Shown: piece by piece, positions 29,054-40,803 of the stretch | How the letters are laid out: each line of letters begins with the position of its first letter | Numbering within the stretch: the first letter of the stretch is position 1 | Source of the DNA: an uncultured Methylophilaceae bacterium | GTDB taxonomy: Bacteria; Pseudomonadota; Gammaproteobacteria; Burkholderiales; Methylophilaceae | Assembly: GCA_903899965.1 (NCBI GenBank) | Contig: CAIULB010000030.1 | Span: forward strand, 89,489-153,488 | Length of the DNA: 64,000 bases | Direction of reading: 5' to 3' | Notes under the pieces: generated by a model | Seen by the model: only the letters and a program-made list of their open reading frames with translations | Databases searched by the model: none | Told to the model about the DNA's origin: nothing | Program-made: the position numbers and the translations under genes

Positions 29054-29803
29054 ATGAGTGATGCAAGAATTTTATTTGGTTTCCATGCCGTTTTAAGCCG
29101 TCTTCGTCAGCATGGCGCAAGCGTGCAAGAGATTTTGATTGACCGCGACCGCATTGATGCGCGCATGAAGGATTTGTTGAGCCTTGCAGAACAAGCCAAC
29201 GTTCGCACGATGGAAGTGGATAGGGCGCGCTTGGATGGATTGGCTGGTATGAATGGTCGCCACCAAGGGGTGATTGCACGTGTTGTGGATACCCCAATTC
29301 CATACAAAGACATTTACGACATATTGGAATCAGGTTTAAAGGAGCCCCCATTCTTTCTAATTTTGGATGGTGTCGAAGATCCACATAATCTAGGGGCGTG
29401 TTTGCGTGTGGCAGATGCAATGGGTGTACATGCGGTCATCGCGCCTAAAGATAGGGCAGTTGGCTTGAACGCCACTGTCCGTAAGGTAGCTTGTGGTGCA
29501 GCTGAAACTGTACCATTTTTGGCTGTAACTAATTTAGCACGCACGATTCGGGAGCTTCAGGAAGCTGGTGTATTTGTGATAGGGGCTTCTGCAGAAGCTG
29601 AGCATGATTTATTGGCAACTAAGTTTGATGGTCCTGTGGCGCTTGTATTGGGCGCTGAAGGAACAGGTTTGCGTCGATTAACTGAAGAAACATGCGATGC
29701 TTTAGTCAGTATTCCAATGTTTGGCAGTGTGGAAAGCTTGAATGTTTCTGTGGCGAGTGGGATATGTCTTTACGAAGTGCGTCGCCAACGAAGCTTGAAG
29801 TAA
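29054..29803 (+). CDS. rlmB: 23S rRNA (guanosine2251-2'-O)-methyltransferase
   Basis: SpoU/TrmH motifs ([41 protein letters not shown]); conserved position after rnr. Confidence 0.93.
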   Translation: MSDARILFGFHAVLSRLRQHGASVQEILIDRDRIDARMKDLLSLAEQANVRTMEVDRARLDGLAGMNGRHQGVIARVVDTPIPYKDIYDILESGLKEPPFFLILDGVEDPHNLGACLRVADAMGVHAVIAPKDRAVGLNATVRKVACGAAETVPFLAVTNLARTIRELQEAGVFVIGASAEAEHDLLATKFDGPVALVLGAEGTGLRRLTEETCDALVSIPMFGSVESLNVSVASGICLYEVRRQRSLK

Positions 29804-29958
29804 CTTAATCTTGCTGTTTTAGCTTTATTAAAGACCGTTAAAATGTTATTTTAGCGGTCTTTATGCATTATAGATTTGCAACCCATTTTTCTTTCTAAAT
29901 CGCGGTCTGGTTTAGAGTTTTTTTGTTGTTTTTGTAGTGTTAATTTTTTGGAGTAATT

Positions 29959-30366
29959 ATGGCTTTAGAACGTACTTTATCTATCATCAAACCTGACGCT
30001 GTTGCTAAAAACGTGATTGGTCAAATCTACACACGTTTCGAAAACGCTGGTTTGAAAATCGTTGCAGCTAAAATGGCGCAATTATCACAAGCTGAAGCTG
30101 AAGGTTTCTACGCTGTTCACAAAGAGCGTCCTTTCTTTGCTGATTTAGTTAAATTCATGATTTCAGGTCCAGTAATGATTCAAGCCCTTGAAGGTGAAGG
30201 CGCTGTATTGAAAAACCGTGATTTGATGGGCGCAACTAACCCTAAAGACGCGGCGGCTGGCACTATCCGTGCTGACTTTGCTGAAAGCATTGATGCTAAC
30301 GCTGTTCATGGTTCTGACTCTGCTGAGAATGCAGCAATCGAAATCGCTTACTTCTTCGGTAAGTAA
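29959..30366 (+). CDS. ndk: nucleoside diphosphate kinase
   Basis: [15 protein letters not shown]...NAVHGSDS. Confidence 0.97.
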   Translation: MALERTLSIIKPDAVAKNVIGQIYTRFENAGLKIVAAKMAQLSQAEAEGFYAVHKERPFFADLVKFMISGPVMIQALEGEGAVLKNRDLMGATNPKDAAAGTIRADFAESIDANAVHGSDSAENAAIEIAYFFGK

Positions 30367-30375
30367 TTTTAGTTG

Positions 30376-31479
30376 ATGATTAATCTGCTCGATTTTAACC
30401 AAGCGCAACTCACCGAATACTTTGTAGGATTGGGCGAGAAGCCTTTTCGCGCTAAACAATTGATGCGCTGGATGCATCACTTTGGTGTGAATGATTTTGA
30501 GCAGATGACCGATATTGCTAAATCTCTTCGTGAGAAATTAGCTGCCACGACCACCATCACCCCTCCTAACGTGCAACTTGAGCAGATTTCCAATGATGGA
30601 ACGCGCAAGTGGTTGGTGGGTGCTGGTGCTGGCAACGGTGTAGAAACCGTGTTTATCCCAGAAGACGATAGAGGTACATTGTGTATTTCATCGCAAGTCG
30701 GTTGTGCCCTTGAATGCACGTTTTGTTCAACAGGCCGCCAAGGATTTAATCGTAATCTCAGCGTTTCTGAGATTATTGGTCAATTATGGTTGGCCAACCA
30801 TTCGCTTAGACAAGACCCTGATTACGGCATGCTCCCAATGAGCGAGCGCATTATCAGTAATGTCGTGATGATGGGGATGGGTGAGCCGCTTACCAATTAC
30901 GACAATGTCGTGACTGCGATGCAAATCATGTTGGATGATTCTGCTTATGGTTTGAGCCGCCGCCGTGTAACCTTATCCACTAGTGGTGTAGTGCCAGCAA
31001 TGGATAGATTGAAAGAAGACTGCCCTGTGGCATTGGCGGTTTCATTGCATGCGCCGAATGATGCTTTACGTGATGTGATTGTGCCAATTAATAAGAAATA
31101 TCCACTTAAAGAGCTCATGGCTGCCTGCCAGCGTTATTTGGTCAAAGCGCCACGTGATTTTGTCACCTTTGAATATGTAATGCTTGATGGCGTCAATGAT
31201 AGCTTTGACCATGCCAAAGAATTATTGAGTTTGGTGAAAGATGTGCCATGTAAATTCAACTTAATTCCGTTTAATCCATTCCCGAATAGTGGCTACGAAA
31301 CATCACGTCCAGATAATATTCGTCGTTTTAGAGATATTTTGATGCAGGCTGGTTATGTCGTGACAACACGCAAAACGCGTGGTGAAGATATTGATGCGGC
31401 TTGTGGTCAATTGGCTGGACAAGTCCAAGATAAAACTAAAAGAACAACGCGCCCAATTATTTTGGAGAGAGCGTTATGA
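30376..31479 (+). CDS. rlmN: 23S rRNA/tRNA (adenine-C2)-methyltransferase, radical SAM
   Basis: [11 protein letters not shown] radical-SAM cluster and C-terminal [12 protein letters not shown] at 30376. Confidence 0.95.
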   Translation: MINLLDFNQAQLTEYFVGLGEKPFRAKQLMRWMHHFGVNDFEQMTDIAKSLREKLAATTTITPPNVQLEQISNDGTRKWLVGAGAGNGVETVFIPEDDRGTLCISSQVGCALECTFCSTGRQGFNRNLSVSEIIGQLWLANHSLRQDPDYGMLPMSERIISNVVMMGMGEPLTNYDNVVTAMQIMLDDSAYGLSRRRVTLSTSGVVPAMDRLKEDCPVALAVSLHAPNDALRDVIVPINKKYPLKELMAACQRYLVKAPRDFVTFEYVMLDGVNDSFDHAKELLSLVKDVPCKFNLIPFNPFPNSGYETSRPDNIRRFRDILMQAGYVVTTRKTRGEDIDAACGQLAGQVQDKTKRTTRPIILERAL

Positions 31480-32222
31480 GTCGCTATATAGCATTGTTTT
31501 TGTTGTTTCTGAGTGCTTGTGCTATGCAACAAGGTTCTCGTGCAGCATTTACTGAGTCAGACAAACATGAAAGTGCGCGGATCCATGCTGAGCTAGGTTC
31601 TGGATATTATCAGCAAAATCAGATGGCTATTGCACTTGAGGAGTTTACTAAATCCATTGAATTTGACCATGGTTATTCATCAGGCTTTAATGGCTTGGCA
31701 ATGACTTATGCTGCAATCAAAGAGGACGCTAAGGCTGAAGCCAACTTCAAAAAATCAATTCCTTTGGATGCGAAAAACTCTGAAGCACATAACAATTACG
31801 GTTCCTTCCTTTGTTCACGCAATCGCATTGATGACTCTATTGTGCAATTTCAGGAAGCCGCAAATAATCCACTTTATGTGACGCCCTTTATCGCATTCAC
31901 AAATGCTGGATATTGTTCACTTAAAAAATCAGATATCAACAGTGCCGAGCGATTTTATAGTTTGGCCTTGCAGTATCAGCCTTTGCTTCACAATGCTGCA
32001 TATCAGTTAGCTAAGATTTATTTCGATAAAAAACAGTACGAACTTGCTCAGCAAACGATGAGTAATGCATTGGCAAACAATCCCACGCCTGAAATGTTAT
32101 GGTTGGGGGTGAGGGTAGAGCGTCAATTAGGCAATAAAGATGCGGAATCAAGCTATACGCTTGAGCTAAAGAGAAACTATCCTGATGCGCCGCAAACACA
32201 ATCCTTATTATCTGGGAGTTGA
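31476..32222 (+). CDS. pilW: type IV pilus biogenesis/stability TPR lipoprotein PilW (PilF)
   Basis: Lipobox LFLSAC, TPR repeats, conserved rlmN-pilW-rodZ-ispG order. Confidence 0.8.
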   Translation: MSRYIALFLLFLSACAMQQGSRAAFTESDKHESARIHAELGSGYYQQNQMAIALEEFTKSIEFDHGYSSGFNGLAMTYAAIKEDAKAEANFKKSIPLDAKNSEAHNNYGSFLCSRNRIDDSIVQFQEAANNPLYVTPFIAFTNAGYCSLKKSDINSAERFYSLALQYQPLLHNAAYQLAKIYFDKKQYELAQQTMSNALANNPTPEMLWLGVRVERQLGNKDAESSYTLELKRNYPDAPQTQSLLSGS

Positions 32223-33151
32223 TGATGGATCAAGAGGTGATGAGCAACCCATCAGTTGGGCTAGTTTTGCGTTCTGCAAGAGAAGCGCAAAAGTTAAGTG
32301 TTGAAGAGGTTGCTTCTCGTTTGCGTTTGAGTGAAAAGCAAATTAATACATTGGAAGCTGATGATTTCAGTATTTTTGGTAGTGCAATATTTGCTCGAGG
32401 ATTTATCAGATCTTATGCGAATTTTTTAACGCTTGATCCTCAGCCTTTGCTTGATGAGCACCTTAGAATGTTTCCGCAAGATCAGTCGCAATCTATTACC
32501 TATAAAACTGATGATATCGTTAAATCAGGAAGTTTTAATTTTCTTAAGTTTACAGGCTTAGCTTTAGGTGCTTTGTGTATTTTTGCTGTTGTTATTTGGG
32601 TAGCTTATAAGGTTTGGCCTTATCAAGGCAACGCAAATCCAGCGGATAATGTAACTCCGGCGGTTGGCATTGAGCAGAGATCGATATCAGAGCCTTTGCC
32701 GGAAGCTGCTTTACATGCTGCAGAGCGTGTAGCTTCAGTGAATGATGAGACAACAGTCACTGAGATTGCTTTGCCTAAAGCTGCAGATGCTGTAGATGCC
32801 GCAGCAAAATCCGAGCTTAAAACGCCTGTGGACAAGACTAAAGAACCGGCTACATCCATTGAATCCACAAAATCTGAAGCAGCTAAACCACAAGCTGTTG
32901 CCCCTGGCTCTGTCAGAGTGAAGCTTTTGTTTACCGGATCATCATGGATTGGTGTTCAAGACAAAAATGGTAAAACGGTGTTTAGTAAGTTAGCTAAAGC
33001 CGGTGCTGAAGAGTATGTCGAGGGTTTGCCACCACTTAAATTCCATATTGGTAATGCCAGTGCCACTCAAGTGATTTTTAATGGTGAAACAATCGATTTG
33101 GCTCCGAACACCTATAACAATATGGCACGTATTACAGTGGGTGACCATTGA
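32222..33151 (+). CDS. rodZ: RodZ-like cytoskeleton protein (HTH, single TM, C-terminal DUF4115)
   Basis: N-terminal Xre-type HTH ([21 protein letters not shown]), one TM helix, Ala/Pro/Lys-rich linker, conserved C-terminal domain. TGATG overlap with pilW. Confidence 0.75.
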   Translation: MMDQEVMSNPSVGLVLRSAREAQKLSVEEVASRLRLSEKQINTLEADDFSIFGSAIFARGFIRSYANFLTLDPQPLLDEHLRMFPQDQSQSITYKTDDIVKSGSFNFLKFTGLALGALCIFAVVIWVAYKVWPYQGNANPADNVTPAVGIEQRSISEPLPEAALHAAERVASVNDETTVTEIALPKAADAVDAAAKSELKTPVDKTKEPATSIESTKSEAAKPQAVAPGSVRVKLLFTGSSWIGVQDKNGKTVFSKLAKAGAEEYVEGLPPLKFHIGNASATQVIFNGETIDLAPNTYNNMARITVGDH

Positions 33152-34428
33152 TGAGTGTTTCAAAATCATTGATTGTTAGACGATTGTGTCAGCAAGTGTT
33201 GATAGGTAATGTTGCTGTTGGTGGAGATGCCCCCGTTGTTGTGCAGTCTATGACTAACACAGATACGGCTGATGCAGCATCCACTGTGAATCAAATTATT
33301 GAGCTTTGGCAAGCAGGCTCTGAAATTGTTCGAATTACCGTTAACTCTCCAGAAGCTGCAGCGCAAGTAGCTAACATCCGCCAGCAACTAGATGCGCAAG
33401 GTTGTTCAGTACCTTTGGTTGGCGACTTTCACTACAACGGTCATAAATTACTAAATACATATCCAGAATGCGCTAAGGCTTTAGCAAAGTACCGCATCAA
33501 TCCTGGTAACGTGGGTAAAGGTTCTAAGCGTGACGACCAGTTCTCTGCCATGATAGAAACCGCCATTCAATACGATAAACCTGTGCGTATTGGCGTGAAT
33601 TGGGGCAGTTTAGACCAAGAGAAAATGGCGAAGATGATGGATGAAAATGCTAAGTCAGTTAATCCATTGTCTTCTGATGCTTTGATGCGTGAAGCATTAA
33701 TTCAGTCAGCCCTTGAAAGCGCCGAACAAGCTGAGACGATTGGCTTGGCGCACGATAAAATCATTATTTCTTGCAAAGTAAGTGATGTGCAAGACTTAGT
33801 GCTTGTGTATCGTGATTTAGCCAAGCGTTGCGATTATCCATTGCATCTGGGCCTGACCGAGGCGGGGATGGGCTCTAAAGGTATTGTCGCTTCAACGGCT
33901 GCACTTTCATTGCTTTTGCAAGAAGGTGTCGGCGATACCATACGTGTGAGTTTAACGCCTGAGCCAGGCGAGTCTCGCACTAAAGAGGTGCTAGTAGCGC
34001 AAGAGATTCTGCAAACCATGGGGATACGCTCATTCACGCCTTTAGTCACAGCTTGCCCAGGATGCGGACGTACAACATCCACTTATTTCCAAGAGTTGGC
34101 ACAAGATATTCAACGCTACTTACGTGAGCAAATGCCAGTATGGCGTAAGCAATACCCTGGTGTTGAGTCGATGAGCGTGGCAGTGATGGGTTGTGTGGTG
34201 AATGGCCCGGGTGAATCTAAGTTAGCCAATATCGGCATCAGCTTGCCGGGCACAGGTGAAGTGCCTGTTGCGCCTGTGTTTGTGGATGGCGAAAAGACGG
34301 TAACGCTTAAAGGCGATGCCATCGCGCAAGAGTTTCAATCTATCGTTGAGCAGTATGTTGCACAAAACTACGCTGAAGGCGGCAAGCTGCGCAGCCAATC
34401 TAAAACAATTCCGATTCAATCAATTTAA
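33151..34428 (+). CDS. ispG: 4-hydroxy-3-methylbut-2-en-1-yl diphosphate synthase
   Basis: VQSMTNT...RITVN...CPGCGRT...[10 protein letters not shown] motifs. Confidence 0.96.
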   Translation: MSVSKSLIVRRLCQQVLIGNVAVGGDAPVVVQSMTNTDTADAASTVNQIIELWQAGSEIVRITVNSPEAAAQVANIRQQLDAQGCSVPLVGDFHYNGHKLLNTYPECAKALAKYRINPGNVGKGSKRDDQFSAMIETAIQYDKPVRIGVNWGSLDQEKMAKMMDENAKSVNPLSSDALMREALIQSALESAEQAETIGLAHDKIIISCKVSDVQDLVLVYRDLAKRCDYPLHLGLTEAGMGSKGIVASTAALSLLLQEGVGDTIRVSLTPEPGESRTKEVLVAQEILQTMGIRSFTPLVTACPGCGRTTSTYFQELAQDIQRYLREQMPVWRKQYPGVESMSVAVMGCVVNGPGESKLANIGISLPGTGEVPVAPVFVDGEKTVTLKGDAIAQEFQSIVEQYVAQNYAEGGKLRSQSKTIPIQSI

Positions 34429-34446
34429 TCATTCGCCTAAGTATTT

Positions 34447-35721
34447 ATGACGCAACAAACTAAAAACACTAAATTCCAAAGCATCAAGGGCTTTTACGAC
34501 ATCCTGCCTGAGATGACACCACTATGGCAGAAGTTAGAAGACACGGCTCGCCAAGTCCTTAGTCAATATGGTTACCGCAATATTCGTATGCCTATCGTAG
34601 AGCCTACGGACTTATTCATTCGTAGTGTGGGTGAGCATACTGATATCGTCGAAAAAGAAATGTACTCATGGGAAGATGTATTGAATGGCGATAAGCTGAC
34701 ATTGCGCCCAGAAGGGACTGCTGGCTGTGTGCGAGCGGTGGTGGAGCATAGCCTCACCTACAATGGTCCGCAACGCCTTTGGTACACAGGGCCAATGTTT
34801 AGACATGAAAACGTCCAAAAAGGACGCCAACGTCAATTCCATCAAATCGGCGTTGAAGCCTTTGGTTTTGATGGTCCTGATGTGGATGCCGAACAAATTA
34901 TTTTGCTAGCACGCTTGTGGAAAGCCCTTGGTATTGCTGACGTTGAACTGCAACTAAACAGCATAGGCGATGCCGAAGAGCGTGCGGAATTTAGAAAGTC
35001 GCTGATTACTTATTTTGAGCAACATACTGAATTGCTTGATGAAGATGCGAAACGGCGCTTACACAGCAATCCGCTCCGTATTTTGGATAGCAAAAACCCA
35101 CGTATGCAAGACATGATAGAAGGCGCACCAAAACTGATTGACCATTTGGGAGATGAAACTCGTGCGCATTTTGTTGGTCTGTGTAATAGATTAGATGCGG
35201 TTGGCATTGCTTACAAGCTCAATCCAAGACTGGTGCGCGGTTTAGATTATTACAATCGCACCGTCTTTGAGTGGGTGACGACTAAGCTCGGTAGCCAAGG
35301 TACTATTGCTGGTGGCGGACGTTATGACAGCTTGGTAGCACGACTTGGCGGTGACACAACGCCTGCTTGTGGTTTTGGTATTGGCTTGGAGCGCGTATTT
35401 TTGTTGATGCAAGAGTATGGCGTCACTGCGGAATCCAACCCTGATGCTTATTTAGTGAACGTCGGTGAGTTGGCAGAAGCAGCTTCAGCGAAGCTAGCAG
35501 AGGCTTTACGTGACGCAGGTTTGTCTGTTGTTGCTCATGCTGGCGGTGGTAGCTTTAAGTCGCAAATGAAAAAAGCCGATAGAAGCGGTGCGCGATTTGC
35601 GCTGATTTTGGGTGATGATGAAGTGCAAGCGAATCAAATTGCAGTAAAACCGATGTTAGGTGCTGGTGAGCAAGTCAAAGTTGACTTGGCACAAGCAATT
35701 ACTTTACTAAAAACGAATTAA
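34447..35721 (+). CDS. hisS: histidine--tRNA ligase
   Basis: GFYDILP, LRPEGTA, RQFHQ.G.E and GGGRYD class II motifs. Confidence 0.97.
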   Translation: MTQQTKNTKFQSIKGFYDILPEMTPLWQKLEDTARQVLSQYGYRNIRMPIVEPTDLFIRSVGEHTDIVEKEMYSWEDVLNGDKLTLRPEGTAGCVRAVVEHSLTYNGPQRLWYTGPMFRHENVQKGRQRQFHQIGVEAFGFDGPDVDAEQIILLARLWKALGIADVELQLNSIGDAEERAEFRKSLITYFEQHTELLDEDAKRRLHSNPLRILDSKNPRMQDMIEGAPKLIDHLGDETRAHFVGLCNRLDAVGIAYKLNPRLVRGLDYYNRTVFEWVTTKLGSQGTIAGGGRYDSLVARLGGDTTPACGFGIGLERVFLLMQEYGVTAESNPDAYLVNVGELAEAASAKLAEALRDAGLSVVAHAGGGSFKSQMKKADRSGARFALILGDDEVQANQIAVKPMLGAGEQVKVDLAQAITLLKTN

Positions 35722-35730
35722 ATAGGTGCT

Positions 35731-36570
35731 ATGGCCGAACTCCTCAAAATTGAAGATCTGACGATTTGCCCAGCTAGTGCGCCGAGTCGCAAGCTGGTGA
35801 GTAATGTGTCGTTTTCAATTGAACCCGGTAAGACTACTTGTGTGGTTGGGGAGTCGGGTAGTGGTAAGAGTTTAACAGCGCTTTCAGTCATGGGATTGTT
35901 ATCCAAGCAGTTAGTACGAACCAATGGCCGTGTTTTATTTCAAGGTCAAGACTTGGCGGATTTAAGTACTGAAGAAATGCGCAAAATTCGTGGTCGACAA
36001 ATCGGCATGATTTTCCAAGAGCCAATGACCTCACTCAACCCGGTGTTGACGATAGGTTTTCAAATAGGCGAGCCGCTCACTGTCCATTTAGGGCTTAAAG
36101 GTGATGCATTAAAGGCTAAAGTGAATGTATTGCTAGAGCAGGTGGGTATTCCAGCGCATCGAGCAAATAGCTATCCAGATGAATTGTCGGGCGGTCAAAG
36201 ACAGCGTGTGATGATTGCGATGAGTATTGCTTGCGAGCCACTCATGTTGATTGCGGACGAGCCAACAACAGCTTTAGATGTCACGGTTCAGGCGCAGATT
36301 TTAAGTTTGTTAGATAACCTAAAAACTAGCATGAATATGGGTATGTTGCTCATTACACATGATTTTGGCGTGGTGGCGGATGTTGCAGACGATGTGGTCG
36401 TGATGTTCCGCGGCGAAGTAGTAGAAGCGGGCTCAGTAGCACAGGTATTAAATAAGCCTAAGCATCCATACACAAAAGCATTGTTGGCTTGTGTGCCTGA
36501 TGCGGAAGGTAAAAAGCCACTTAAGCCGATTGATTACGCATGGCTTAAAAATGAACAGGTACCAGCATGA
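35731..36570 (+). CDS. ABC transporter ATP-binding protein, DppD/OppD type
   Basis: Walker A GESGSGKS, signature LSGGQRQR, Walker B LIADEPTTALD, and the oligopeptide-type C-terminal HPYTKALL. Confidence 0.88.
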   Translation: MAELLKIEDLTICPASAPSRKLVSNVSFSIEPGKTTCVVGESGSGKSLTALSVMGLLSKQLVRTNGRVLFQGQDLADLSTEEMRKIRGRQIGMIFQEPMTSLNPVLTIGFQIGEPLTVHLGLKGDALKAKVNVLLEQVGIPAHRANSYPDELSGGQRQRVMIAMSIACEPLMLIADEPTTALDVTVQAQILSLLDNLKTSMNMGMLLITHDFGVVADVADDVVVMFRGEVVEAGSVAQVLNKPKHPYTKALLACVPDAEGKKPLKPIDYAWLKNEQVPA

Positions 36571-37370
36571 GCGAGTTTATTTTAAAAGCGCGAGATCTCA
36601 ATAAATTTTACACGCAGCGTTCTGGCCGTTTTGGTTTTGGAACGAAGCAAGTTAAAGCCTTGGACAATGTCAACTTAGAATTAAGACATGCTAGCACCTT
36701 GGCTGTGGTAGGAGAATCTGGCAGTGGCAAATCCACGTTAGCGAGATGTCTGTTACAATTGCAACCCTTGGATGGTGGTTCGGTGTTTTTTCAAGGTCGC
36801 GATTTAGCTGAGTTGCCTGCAAATGAATTAAGAAAACAACGTCGTCATTTGCAAATGATTTTCCAAGACCCGTTTGCGTCACTTAACCCTCGTATGAAAG
36901 TGGGTGAGATTGTAGAAGAGGGCTTGTTAATTCATGATTTAGGCACTAAAAACGAGCGTTTTGAAAAAGCATTAAAAATGCTTAAACGTGTTGGTCTAGC
37001 TGAATCAGATTTGAATAAATACCCACATGAGTTTTCAGGTGGGCAGCGCCAGCGAATTGGAATCGCGCGTGCTTTGGTGCTTGAGCCTAAAGTAGTGGTC
37101 TGCGATGAGCCAGTTTCTGCGCTAGATGTGTCGATACAAGCCCAGATTTTGTTGTTGTTAAAAGAGCTACAGCAAGAGATGTCTTTAAGCTATATTTTTA
37201 TCAGCCATGATTTGCGCGTAGTACGTCATATTGCGGATGAAGTTGCGGTGATGCATCAAGGTAAGATTGTTGAAAAGGGAAGCATTCAAGAAGTTTATGA
37301 ATCACCTAAACAACAATATACCCAGAATTTGCTAAAAGCGATTCCTGGGCAAAAGAGACAATTAGCATAA
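36567..37370 (+). CDS. ABC transporter ATP-binding protein, DppF/OppF type
   Basis: Walker A GESGSGKST, signature FSGGQRQR, Walker B VVCDEPVSALD, and C-terminal YTQNLL. ATGA overlap with the upstream ATPase. Confidence 0.88.
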   Translation: MSEFILKARDLNKFYTQRSGRFGFGTKQVKALDNVNLELRHASTLAVVGESGSGKSTLARCLLQLQPLDGGSVFFQGRDLAELPANELRKQRRHLQMIFQDPFASLNPRMKVGEIVEEGLLIHDLGTKNERFEKALKMLKRVGLAESDLNKYPHEFSGGQRQRIGIARALVLEPKVVVCDEPVSALDVSIQAQILLLLKELQQEMSLSYIFISHDLRVVRHIADEVAVMHQGKIVEKGSIQEVYESPKQQYTQNLLKAIPGQKRQLA

Positions 37371-37426
37371 GTATTATTTAATAAGATTGAAGTGTTTGAT
37401 TAATAATAGTGTTTTAGGGAATTAGC

Positions 37427-38062
37427 ATGGCATACGATTTAGAAGAACAAGAGCAGTTAGACGAGTTTAAGGCTTGGTGGAAATTGCATGGTCAAAAACT
37501 AGTGACGTTAGTGACCGTTTTGGTGGTTGCTTACTTGGGATATCAAGGTTGGCACTATTATCAAACACAACAGTCATTAAAAGCTTCAACGCAATATGAG
37601 AACTTGGTAAAACTTGATATAACAGACGCTAAAAACCTAAAAGCGATTCAAACACTTTCAGGTGAGTTGATGGATAAATACTCAAGCACACCATATGCTG
37701 GCCGTGCGGCACTTACAGCGGCTAAAGCTAATTTCCAGGCAAAAGAATTTAAAAGCGCTAAATCACAATTAGAGTGGGCGGCAGGCCATTCTAAGGAAGA
37801 TGCTATTCAAGCGATGGCATTGCTTGAGTTAGCTTCATTGCAAGTGGAAGAAAAAGATTACGCTGGTGCGCTTAAAACATTGGCTGAAAAGCATACAACA
37901 GGCTTTGATGGTCTATTTGCTGACTTAAAAGGTGATGTGCTAGTTGCGCAAGGTAAACCTGCAGAAGCTAAAGTAGCTTATAAAGAAGCGCTTGAAAAGC
38001 TTGACCCACAAGGTCATCTATTAAAATTCACACAACATAAATTAGAAGCACTGGGGAACTAG
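37427..38062 (+). CDS. yfgM: YfgM-family membrane-anchored TPR-like protein
   Basis: Acidic N-terminus, one TM helix (LVTLVTVLVVAYLGY), TPR-like C-terminus. Conserved position between hisS and bamB. Confidence 0.75.
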   Translation: MAYDLEEQEQLDEFKAWWKLHGQKLVTLVTVLVVAYLGYQGWHYYQTQQSLKASTQYENLVKLDITDAKNLKAIQTLSGELMDKYSSTPYAGRAALTAAKANFQAKEFKSAKSQLEWAAGHSKEDAIQAMALLELASLQVEEKDYAGALKTLAEKHTTGFDGLFADLKGDVLVAQGKPAEAKVAYKEALEKLDPQGHLLKFTQHKLEALGN

Positions 38063-39234
38063 TGTTGAAATTGCTTAAAATAGCGTTGCTATTAAGCGCT
38101 TTGGCGCTAAGTGCATGTTCATCAATGACGGATCTGAAAGATGATTTATCAGAGCGTCTGTTCGGTCGTGAAAGCAATGAAACGCCTTCTGAATTGAACG
38201 ATATAAAAACCACAGCGCAAGTGAAGGTGCTTTGGAGTTCCCATTTAGGTGATAGCTTTGACGCTGACTTTACAACTGTTTCAGATAATGGCTTTATATA
38301 TGCTGCAAGTGCAAACGGTGAGTTCGCTAAGTTAAGTGTTGCCGATGGCAAGCAAGCTTGGCGTATTAACACGGGTGAGCCTATTTCAGGCGGTGTTGGC
38401 CTGGGTGCTAATTTGTTGTTGCTAGGCACATCTAAAGGTTACGTTTTGGCTTACGATTTGTCAGGCAAGTTGCTCTGGAAATCTAAGGTAAGCAGCCAAG
38501 TATTGAGTGCGCCCAAAGTTGGTTATGATGTCGTCGTCGTGCGTTGCGGTGATAGTCGCATATACGGATTGAATGTTGCTGACGGAGCTAGAAAGTGGGT
38601 TTATGAGCGTGCAACACCTGCTTTGTCATTGAGAAGTAGCGCTGGCGTGGCTGTTGATGGTGGCGCAGCTTACGCAGGATTTGCTGGCGGTAAACTCATC
38701 GCATTGCGTGTTGAGGACGGTAAAGTGATTTGGGAAGTGTCAGTGGCACAACCTAAAGGCACAACAGAAATTGAGCGTATTGCTGATATTACAAGTTTGC
38801 CTGTTGTAGATGGTAGCTTAGTTTATGCGGTTGCTTATCAAGGGAAAGTGGCTGCGATTGACTGCGCTACAGGTCGTGTGGCGTGGGCTCGTGATATTTC
38901 AAGTTATACAGGCTTAGGCGCTGAAGATGCCAAAGTGTTTGTTTCTCATTCTGGTAGCGCGATCTACTCATTGGATTACAGCACAGGTAAAACTTTCTGG
39001 CGTCAGGGTGATTTGAAACAACGTCGTGTCACAGCGCCATTGCCAATGGGCAGTTTAATCGCTGTAGGTGATGTTGAAGGCTATGTACACTTTTTAAGTC
39101 GCGAAGATGGTAGCTTCTCCGCAAGACTTCAGACCGAAGATGCGGCGATTATGCCGCAAATGCTAGCTGTAGGTTCTAGTACACTCATTGCACAAACCCG
39201 TAAAGGTGGCATTTACGCCATCTCAATTAAGTAG
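38062..39234 (+). CDS. bamB: outer membrane protein assembly factor BamB
   Basis: Lipobox LALSAC and PQQ-like beta-propeller repeats. GTG start overlapping the yfgM stop. Confidence 0.9.
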   Translation: MLKLLKIALLLSALALSACSSMTDLKDDLSERLFGRESNETPSELNDIKTTAQVKVLWSSHLGDSFDADFTTVSDNGFIYAASANGEFAKLSVADGKQAWRINTGEPISGGVGLGANLLLLGTSKGYVLAYDLSGKLLWKSKVSSQVLSAPKVGYDVVVVRCGDSRIYGLNVADGARKWVYERATPALSLRSSAGVAVDGGAAYAGFAGGKLIALRVEDGKVIWEVSVAQPKGTTEIERIADITSLPVVDGSLVYAVAYQGKVAAIDCATGRVAWARDISSYTGLGAEDAKVFVSHSGSAIYSLDYSTGKTFWRQGDLKQRRVTAPLPMGSLIAVGDVEGYVHFLSREDGSFSARLQTEDAAIMPQMLAVGSSTLIAQTRKGGIYAISIK

Positions 39235-39236
39235 TT

Positions 39237-40724
39237 ATGTTACCCACCATTGTTCTCGTAGGCCGACCAAACGTCGGCAAATCAACCCTTTTTAATCGAC
39301 TCACCAAAAGTCGTGATGCGTTAGTGGCTGACCTTCCAGGTCTGACACGTGATCGCCATTATGGTCGTGGTGTGGGTGGTGATAAGCCTTATTTGGTGGT
39401 TGATACAGGCGGCTTTGAGCCAACTGCAGAATCAGGCATCATGAAAGAGATGGCTCGCCAAACTTTGCTTGCTATTGATGAAGCGGATGTCATTATTTTT
39501 GTGGTGGATGGCCGTCAAGGTGTTAGTCCACAAGATAAAGTTATCGCTAATCGGTTACGCAAGAGCCAGCGCCCAGTCTTGCTTGCTGTGAATAAAACAG
39601 AAGGTATGCAGCGCGCTGTAGTCAGTGCGGAATTCCATGAATTGGGCTTGGGTGATCCATTATCTATTTCATCAGCACACGGTGAAGGTGTGCGTGATTT
39701 AGTTGAATTAGCGCTGGAGCCTTTTGCTGAGCCAGAAGAAGCATCACCATTCAATGAAGAAGATGCACCAAAAGTAGCGATTGTCGGTCGTCCTAATGTA
39801 GGTAAGTCAACCCTTGTTAATGCCTTGCTTGGTGAGGAGCGTGTGATTGCGTTTGACCAACCAGGAACAACCCGTGATTCTATCTATATTGATTTGGAAA
39901 AGAACGGCAAGCATTACACTATTATCGATACCGCTGGTGTGCGCAAGCGCGGCAAAGTGTTTGAGGCCATTGAGAAGTTCTCAGTAATTAAAACCATTCA
40001 AGCGATTGAAGAGGCGAACGTCGCTATTTTGGTGGTGGATGCGCAAGAGGGTATTACAGAACAAGATGCGCACGTTGCGGCATACATTCTTGAAACAGGC
40101 CGTGCGTTGGTGGTGGCAATTAACAAATGGGATGGCTTGAAAGAAGATGAGCGCGATTGGATTAAGCGTGAAATCGACCGCAAGCTTCAATTTTTAGACT
40201 TCGCAAAATTTCATTACATTTCAGCGTTACGTAAAAAAGGCTTGCCTGAACTGTTCACATCAGTGGATGGTGCTTATAAGGCGGCCATGGCTAAGCTCTC
40301 AACACCACAATTGACGCGCGTATTGATTGACGCGATTGCTCAACATCAACCCCCAATTAGCAAGGGTATTCGTCCTAAGCTACGCTACGCTCATCAGGGG
40401 GGAAGTAATCCGCCGATTGTCGTGATTCATGGCAACCACGTTGATGGTGTTAAAGACACTTACAAGCGTTTTTTAGAAGGCGTATTCCGCAAAACATTCC
40501 AACTCACAGGTACGCCTTTGAGAGTGCAGTTTAATCAGGGTGATAATCCATTTGCTGAGCCAGATAAGCGCGTTCAAGGCGAAGGTATTGTGAGTATGCG
40601 TCGCCGTAAGACGGCTCAGCGTGCTGAATTAAATGCACGTAAGAATGATGAAGTTAAGCAAGGAAGGCACAAAGCTTCTGGGCTTGAGATTGCAAAAAGA
40701 GTACCTAAGAAAAAAAGGCCTTAG
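39237..40724 (+). CDS. der: ribosome biogenesis GTPase Der (EngA)
   Basis: Two G domains (GRPNVGKST twice; DTGG and DTAG), KH-like domain, basic tail. Confidence 0.96.
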   Translation: MLPTIVLVGRPNVGKSTLFNRLTKSRDALVADLPGLTRDRHYGRGVGGDKPYLVVDTGGFEPTAESGIMKEMARQTLLAIDEADVIIFVVDGRQGVSPQDKVIANRLRKSQRPVLLAVNKTEGMQRAVVSAEFHELGLGDPLSISSAHGEGVRDLVELALEPFAEPEEASPFNEEDAPKVAIVGRPNVGKSTLVNALLGEERVIAFDQPGTTRDSIYIDLEKNGKHYTIIDTAGVRKRGKVFEAIEKFSVIKTIQAIEEANVAILVVDAQEGITEQDAHVAAYILETGRALVVAINKWDGLKEDERDWIKREIDRKLQFLDFAKFHYISALRKKGLPELFTSVDGAYKAAMAKLSTPQLTRVLIDAIAQHQPPISKGIRPKLRYAHQGGSNPPIVVIHGNHVDGVKDTYKRFLEGVFRKTFQLTGTPLRVQFNQGDNPFAEPDKRVQGEGIVSMRRRKTAQRAELNARKNDEVKQGRHKASGLEIAKRVPKKKRP

Positions 40725-40741
40725 GCTAAGGTAGTGACAAT

Positions 40742-40778
40742 AAAAAAGCACCGCCAATATCGCGGTGCTTAATTTTTT
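40742..40778. terminator. bidirectional terminator between der and bamD
   Basis: AAGCACCGC (40746-40754) pairs with GCGGTGCTT (40762-40770), flanked by an A-tract and a T-tract. Confidence 0.8.
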
Positions 40779-40803
40779 ATACTACTTAAATTTGGTTAAT
40801 CTT

